64,000 nt of DNA from the human T2T-CHM13v2.0 reference genome, Homo sapiens. Below are positions 53,693-64,000 of the stretch, piece by piece. Below the pieces are notes generated by a model. The model had not been told where the DNA came from and did not search any database. It was given only the letters and a program-made list of their open reading frames with translations. A program made the translations under genes and the position numbers. The stretch lies in the NCBI RefSeq assembly GCF_009914755.1, contig NC_060925.1. One strand, 5' to 3'. Each line of letters starts with the position of its first letter. Positions within the stretch are counted from its first letter, which is position 1.

Positions 53693-54873
53693 TGACCCTA
53701 TTTTGTAGGTGAGAAAGCTGAGGCACAGAAAGGTTACAGTCAAGATCATCCAGCTCTAAGGCATTTGGGATCTGAACCCAGGCAATATGACTCCAACTTG
53801 ACCCTAACCAGTACAGTGATGGCCTCACTGCAGAGAGCGATGAGTGTTACAAAGACAGGGCAGCAGCGAGGTGTGCTCAAGCCTCTGGGGAGGAGTCGAG
53901 GAAGGTCTCCATGAGCCCTGTCTGACCAACCCCCCCAATCTACAGATGAACTAACTGAGGCCCCCTGGACATGCTGAGTCAGGGACACAGTCAGGACTAG
54001 AAGCCAGGCTTTTATACTCCCGGCCCAGTGCTCCTTCCAAAGCCCTGCAACTGTGCCACAAATGCTAAGGGCCTGGCAGCGAGGACTGAGCCAACTCTTG
54101 GGCTTAGGATGACTGAGGTCCACCGAGGACTCCCTCGTCTCCCTGCACTCAAGACTCTCCCCTTCCTCTGGGTCCAGCATGGGTCTCAGCTCCCAGACTG
54201 CTCCCTGCTTAGAACTCCTGTCCACATTACCCCAGCCCGGGCCCTGTAATGCTGGCTTTAACATTTCCAAAGCGGGCTCGTTCCCTTTAATTCACTTTTG
54301 CTCTTCACAGCGACTCTGGGGGGCTGGAGCTAGCATCTCCACATCATGGGTGGAAGATAGATCTCAAGGTCAGACACATTTGGCTGCTTAGCAGCTGTGT
54401 GATGTTGAGCGAGTCATGTCACCTCTCGGAGCCTCAATTTCCTCCCTCTGCATGGTGAGGGTGGCAGTGGCTTCCTTGCCGGGGGTTATGAGCATCTAGT
54501 GAGACACCACTAGAGTCTGTGTAAAGTGCCAAGCACAGTGGCTGGCACATATTAAGTATTTCATAAAAAGCAAGTTTTAAACATGATCACTACAGTCATT
54601 GATGTGAGGACGTCAGCAGCAGAGGGGCCTCCAGAGGACATTTTCTTGCACCCCAGGAGGCATTCCTGTCATTTGTCCCCACTGGGTCTGGGGCTGGGGC
54701 TTCTTTGTACCTCTGAGGTACAAAGTGGAAGCTCTGCCTGGCTGGCAAGACCAGACCTGTTGTGGCGGCCAGGCTGTACCCACGCAGGGCCACTGCTCCT
54801 AGGGCACTGGGCTCCAGACAGAAAATGGGAAGGGACAGATAAGCCTCTATGAAAGGTGGCCAGGCACAGGAAA

Positions 54874-54917
54874 GAGGCCCTGCCCCCTTGAGAGGGAGGC
54901 CCTGCCCCCTTGAGAGG
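54874..54917 (+). repeat. 22-bp perfect tandem duplication GAGGCCCTGCCCCCTTGAGAGG x2, with degenerate third copy
   Basis: Units at 54874 and 54896. Confidence 0.9.
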
Positions 54918-56819
54918 TTGGCCCCGCCTTGAGCATCCTTGTCAGGCAGAGATCTGGGCAGGACAGAAGAGAGGAGGTGCCTGGCTCAGTTTTGCTGCGA
55001 TCCCAATGGGTCACACGCCTTCTGGATCCCCCCAGAAGGTCTAGAATGGGGTCACCCCTCAAAACCTCCCTGGCTCACTCTTAGCTTGGAACCATGAACG
55101 AGCTTGCTCCCACCCACATGGAAAGCAGCTGCCCTTCCCCTGGAGACATTTTCCACTTCTCTACCTCCAGACCTCTGCTCATGCTGTTTCCTCCACCTGG
55201 TAAACCTCACTCTCTGCTGTGCTGTCAGAAAATGGCCAACCTTTTGAGTCTCAGCTGAAATGGCACTCCCTTTGCCCCAGCTTTAGTTTAACAAGCATTT
55301 GTGCATGCTCTGGAGATGGGCTGTCCTGCCCTCATACACCCTGCTAGGGCCTAGCCAATGAGGGACAACCGGAAGTCTTACCCTCCAGCCCCCACCCCGG
55401 AGACCACCTGTGTAGGACCCCCAGGGGTTGCCAGGATCCTCCCCACAAACGGCAAAGCACTCTCTATTTGGGGGAACAGCCCTTCTCTGGAATTGGGAGT
55501 AACAAGAGGAAGGGAGGAAGGGCGTCTTGTGAGAGGGAGGGGCCAGGAGGCCTGAGGGAGCTCTGGCGTGTGTTCCAGAAACCCTTTGGGATCAGAGACA
55601 AGATCAAAGAGGCAGCCTTCATGAGGCTGTCCAGGGCCCTGGACATGGACCCAGGAAAATTGGCTGGGTGACCTCAAGCAAGTTACTTGCCCTTGCTGAG
55701 CCTCAACCTCCTCATTTGTGAAACAGGGCTAGTACCCCCAACCTCTGAATGAGACGGTGAACAGCCTTTGTGCATGGGAGGGGCTTGAGTCTGGGTACTG
55801 AGGGGCGAGCTGGGGCCTGAGCGAATGCTGCAAGTCCCCCAGGGCTCCTTCTCTGATGCCGTGTCTCAGAGCCCCCTCCCCTTCCTGCCTGCCCAGGGTT
55901 TCCCTTGCTAGGAGCAGTTTTAAAACTCCCCAGTACCTGGGCTATGAGCCACAGCTTCTTAAAGTTCCCCATCTCCTGCAGCAGGCTTAGTTGGACTGAG
56001 CCAGAGCCCATCATTCACTGTTTCTGGAGATTATCACAGTTTGCAGAAACAGCAGGGCACCTAGCAGGAATCTGGCACAGGCTCCTCGCTAGTTGGGACT
56101 GGAACTGGGCCAGGACAGCACCTCGTGTCCTCTAAAAGGATCCACAGGGCCTTCCCTCTCTCCTTTCCCCTCACTCAGGCACACTGGGGTTCCAGAGTTC
56201 TAGGGCCACATCCCAGACACAGGCACTGCAGTCTTGTCCCCACTGGGATATGAGACACAGAAAGAACCCTGGGCTGGAGTCAGGGGAGGATGGTCACTCC
56301 CCCTCTGTGGTTAAGGACAGAAACTCTGGAGCCAGACTGCTGGCGTTCAAACCCTGGCTCTGTCATTTACCAACTGTGACCTTGAGTGAGTTACTTAACC
56401 TCTCTGTGCCTCTGTCTTCTCACCTGTAAAGTGGTGAATCACAGTACCCGTCCCACCAAGTTGTTGGGAGGATGCAGTTAGTTACCCAGAAAGTGTTTGG
56501 AGTAGTGCCTGGTATGCAGTGAGCGCTGGCTTGGTTGGGTGAATGAATGGGTGCATGAAGGAATGAGTCAATGCGTCGGAGCTCTGCTCTGTGGCACGAG
56601 GCCCTTCAGGATCTGCCCGGACATCAGCACCTGCCATTGTCCCAAGCAGGTCATGATCACATCCTTCCCACCAGCTTCCTTGGCTTGGCATAACCTCACC
56701 ATTGCTGTTAGTCCCAAGAACTCCTTCAACACATGCTTCAAATGCCACCTCCTCTCTGAAGCCTCTTCAATCAGGACCCTCAGGGCTGTTAATGATAAAA
56801 ACCAAACCCAGCTGGATTT

Positions 56820-57645
<826 letters not shown>

Positions 57646-58379
57646 ATCCCTCCTGCCACCTCTGGCCCTGTGCTTTCACTGCACTCTGCACACACCCCCA
57701 GCAGACCCCACCCGAGCTTCCAGGGATGATTTGGGTACTTGGGTATGGGTGACTGTCCCTGCCACTGGACGATGAAGTCTTAAAGGGCCAAGACTCTGGT
57801 CACCTTGGCTCTCCCAGCCCTCTGCTCTGTCCCTGATCATAAACTACTTTTGACGAACGAAGAAAACGAAGGATCAAGGAATAGAAGGGGTTGTGTAAGG
57901 GGCCAACCAGGATGAAAATCTTCATCTAGGCTCTTCCAACCCTACCCTGCAGCCTCCTCCCTCAACCCACAATCAGCAACATATCCTACAAAAACATGTT
58001 GACAAGGAAACCATCACCCACCCCTCAGGAGGCAAGAGATGGCCCCAGCTCAGTGCCCCTGTGAGGAAAGCTGGACCTACATTCAAAACCAGCTTCTGTC
58101 AAAGACACATTCTGCCATCGTGGGCAATCAGGCTGGTAGTGAGGATGAAATGAGAGAATGTAGACAAAGTGTGTGGCACACAATAGGGACTTGATGAATG
58201 GGGGCTGTTGTTTTCAGAGTGGGGCTCCCTGGCCAGCTCAGGGCCATGGCTGGGTCTGGCTGGCTGCCCACACCACAGGGCCTGCAGGGTCACACCCCCA
58301 GTGCCTCCCTTTTGTTGCCCAACATGCAGGAATGTTCATAGCATCTGTGCCCTCCTCTGTCCACCCATTTATAAACTCA

Positions 58380-59690
<1,311 letters not shown>

Positions 59691-62564
59691 GCAAGCAGCA
59701 TCCCCAGCTGACACAGCACGTGTCCCATGTGCTGTCCTGTCACTGAGAGGTAGGAGGATGCAGCAGGCTGGAGTGTGGTGGACATGGGTCTATACCGCCT
59801 GTATTCAAATCCCAGCTCTGCCTACTACTATTTGTTTGACTTGGGCAAGTGATATGACCTCCCTGTGCCTTGGTTTATCATTAAAAAAACAAAGCTAATA
59901 ATAGCCCCACTCTCATAGGTAGCTATGAGAATTAAAATAGTTCAAAGACACAAAGTATTGTGATCACCAGCACTGCTATTTGATCCTCTCATGCAGATGT
60001 AAGGTAAATACTATCATTGTCTCTCATTTTGCAGATGCTAAAACTGCAACTCAGAGAGGGGTAGTGACTTGCTTGGATCACACAGCCAGAAAGTGACAGG
60101 GCAGGACTGGACACCAGGTCTGTCTGACTCTAAACTACTTATTGTTTCCACTCTGCCCTCTGCGCCCCACTATTCCCTCCTGGACTCTGATGCCTCTGTG
60201 CTTGTCCCCTCACCTGCCCACAATGCCAAGGCCAACTCCCCTTGTCTAGCCCCAGCCAATCAGGGTGGACCTGCAGCCAAACCAGATGCTGCTGAGCTGG
60301 CGTTGCCTCGGTGACCAGGCATATCTGCTGGACAAGCCCACCCCAGGCTCAGCTTCCCATCTGGTCCCCAGTACACTCCATCCCCCTCAAGACACATGTG
60401 TCATGCTTGCCTGGGGGGATGGAGGGAGCCCGGGAGGAAACGCCTGGCTGGGGAGAGGAGGGCTGATTCCAGCTGACAGTGGGGGAATGATGACTGCATT
60501 GGCTCAGGAGGACAGGAGCTGCCCTAGCTGCAGTCTTGGTCCAGAGTGGTCCCAGGCCCAGAGCAGAGCTGGGCGGGGATGAGAACTAGGGAGAGGAATA
60601 CATGATGCAGGTGGGAGTGGGGGAGCAGGGGGCTGAGCACCAGGCTCAGATCCAATGAGAACAAGCTGCTCCCTCAACCTTGGAGTGGAAAGAACAAAGG
60701 TTCTGGAACAGACAGACCTCAGCTGGACTCTCTGTAATTTACTGCTGTGTGACCCTGGGTGAGTTGCCTTACCTCTCTGAGCATGTGTTCTCATCTATAA
60801 AATGGGGACATGTGAACCTACTTCACTGGGCTATGGTGGGAATTAAGGCGATAATCCATGAAAAGGCACATGGGGAATTCAAGTGCTGCCTCCTAAAGAG
60901 AGGCACTGCCAAGGTAATGCCTGTGGCACAGGAATGTCCCGGCTCACGGAGAACGGGTACGAGCAGCTGGAATGACCCTGGGTTCAACCTGAGCAGTAGT
61001 GTGGCCTGGGTTACAGATGTAGGGGCAATGATGACAGTGCTGAGGCTGCAGCTGCTAAACGGTAACACCAACGACATGGCACCAGCAAAAGCCACATCTT
61101 GAGCAATGACTTCATTCTAGGTTCCGTGCTAAGCACTTTACGTGTGTTTTCTAATTAACCATAACAGCAACCCCACGTGAAAGATGTGGAATAAGAGACA
61201 CAGAGAGGTTAAGTAACAAGTCCAAGGTTGCACAGCTGGTAAAAAGATGGGATCAAATTTGAACCCAATTTCTACCCGATACTCAGGCATTATGGGAGCC
61301 TGCAGAATGGCGTGGGAGTTCTGGGAAGGGGGCGCTGGCTAGGCCCTTCCTGGGACACTCACGCAGCCACATTCCCAAACCCCCTCCCGGGCCCCCAAAT
61401 TCCTGGCTCGGTAGTGATACAGCCTGAGCTCCTCCTCTCCCTCCAGGGCTTGGCTCAGTTCAGTCCCATTCGGGAGCCAATCTGCCATTGCACAATTAAC
61501 AATTAGGAACAACTTTTCTTTTCTTCCAAGGCAGGGATCGGCCCCAGCCCTGGTGACAGGGACACAGTGGGGCTTCTGACAGAACCTACTAGGTATGTCC
61601 CCAGCCCCTTGCCAAGCTGGGTGACCCCTTTCCTAACCCAGCCCAGTCAGGAAATCAAGGGTCAGACAGCCCCTCTCCATCTTCCTTTGTCATCTAAATC
61701 CAACCTCCCCTCCAGGGAACTTCCTGACTGTCCTGGCTCACAGCTTTCACGTGTTCCTAAGACCCCAACGCCACTGATTCTTTGTCTATTCAGTCAGTAC
61801 CTGGCCTGTGCCATTTCCATGGGATCATGTATCTTTATCTACTGCAAGCAACTTGAGTTTGTTTGTTGTTGTTTTTGTAAACAACACTGTGCTTATCCCT
61901 CTCAATACCAAATCTAGTCCAGGACGCATAGAAACTGTTTGACCTATGGTCTGCTTCTTGGCTTGGAGAACTCCTATTCACCCTCCAAAACCCAGATGAA
62001 ATGTCATCTCCTCTATGAAGTCTTCCTCTGTGTCCCATGCTGCCCCATCTGTATGTATCTGTAGTGATTTGTATGTATCCCCAGTAGAAAACCCTCCCTT
62101 GTACTGTAATTAATAACTACTATCCAGGCACTGTGTTAAGACTGTCACACTCATTAATTTCAAATCTATCTCTCTGCAAGCCAGAGTCAATACCTATTTA
62201 ACAGATGGGGGTGATAAGGCTCAGAAAGGTTAAGAGGCTTGCCTAAAATCACACAGCTAATAAGTGGCAGATCTGTAATTTGAGCCCAGGTCTGCTCATG
62301 TCCCAAGCAAATAATTCTTTGGTTGGTTCAGGCTGCCACCTCCATCCAACTGCAGCTGAATCCGATGCCTACTGGGGTCCCAACCTTTGCAGTTCCCCAA
62401 TGGATCAACCTCAGAGATGAGCTGTCACTCAGCCCCAATGTCTGGGGTATCCCAGGCCAAAGGTGATCTACCAGCTGGTGCCACCTCACCCTCACGGCGT
62501 CTAGGACAACCTGGAAAGTCCTAGGGGCTTGTATATAGGCAACTAGGCATTAAAAGCTGCTCCT

Positions 62565-64000
<1,436 letters not shown>

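Overview
Human genomic DNA (very Alu-rich, with MIR/L2/L1/MaLR relics) containing the 5' half of ECE1 (endothelin-converting enzyme 1, neprilysin/M13 zinc metallopeptidase, type II membrane protein) on the minus strand. I could place, with GT/AG boundaries and a continuous reading frame, the isoform-specific starts of ECE-1b (37467), ECE-1d (37251) and ECE-1a (26488) and common exons 2-8 (37209 down to 3001; 1020 nt / 340 codons for ECE-1b). The gene continues off the left edge; the ECE-1c first exon is not visible and should lie beyond the right edge, so 37.5-64 kb is the long first intron of 1c. A CpG-island promoter (1b/1d) and a FOX:ETS+SOX endothelial enhancer upstream of 1a are visible. 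No prokaryotic-type systems, tRNA/rRNA or CRISPR are present. Most notable observations: (1) exons 3+4 are bracketed by inverted Alus, and the resulting 355-nt circle carries a 237-codon ORF that goes round twice, starting at a gccATG that overlaps its own stop (ATGA) and retaining the native transmembrane anchor; (2) a 36-bp minisatellite in intron 4 made of tandem canonical NF-kB sites; (3) the 1b intron is stop-free and in frame; (4) an in-frame signal-peptide-like ATG extension ahead of exon 4; (5) an exact 30-bp templated-insertion-like duplicate; (6) repeated Alu insertion into the same target site and a THE1 LTR nested in an MST LTR. Repeat boundaries and subfamily calls are by eye and approximate.
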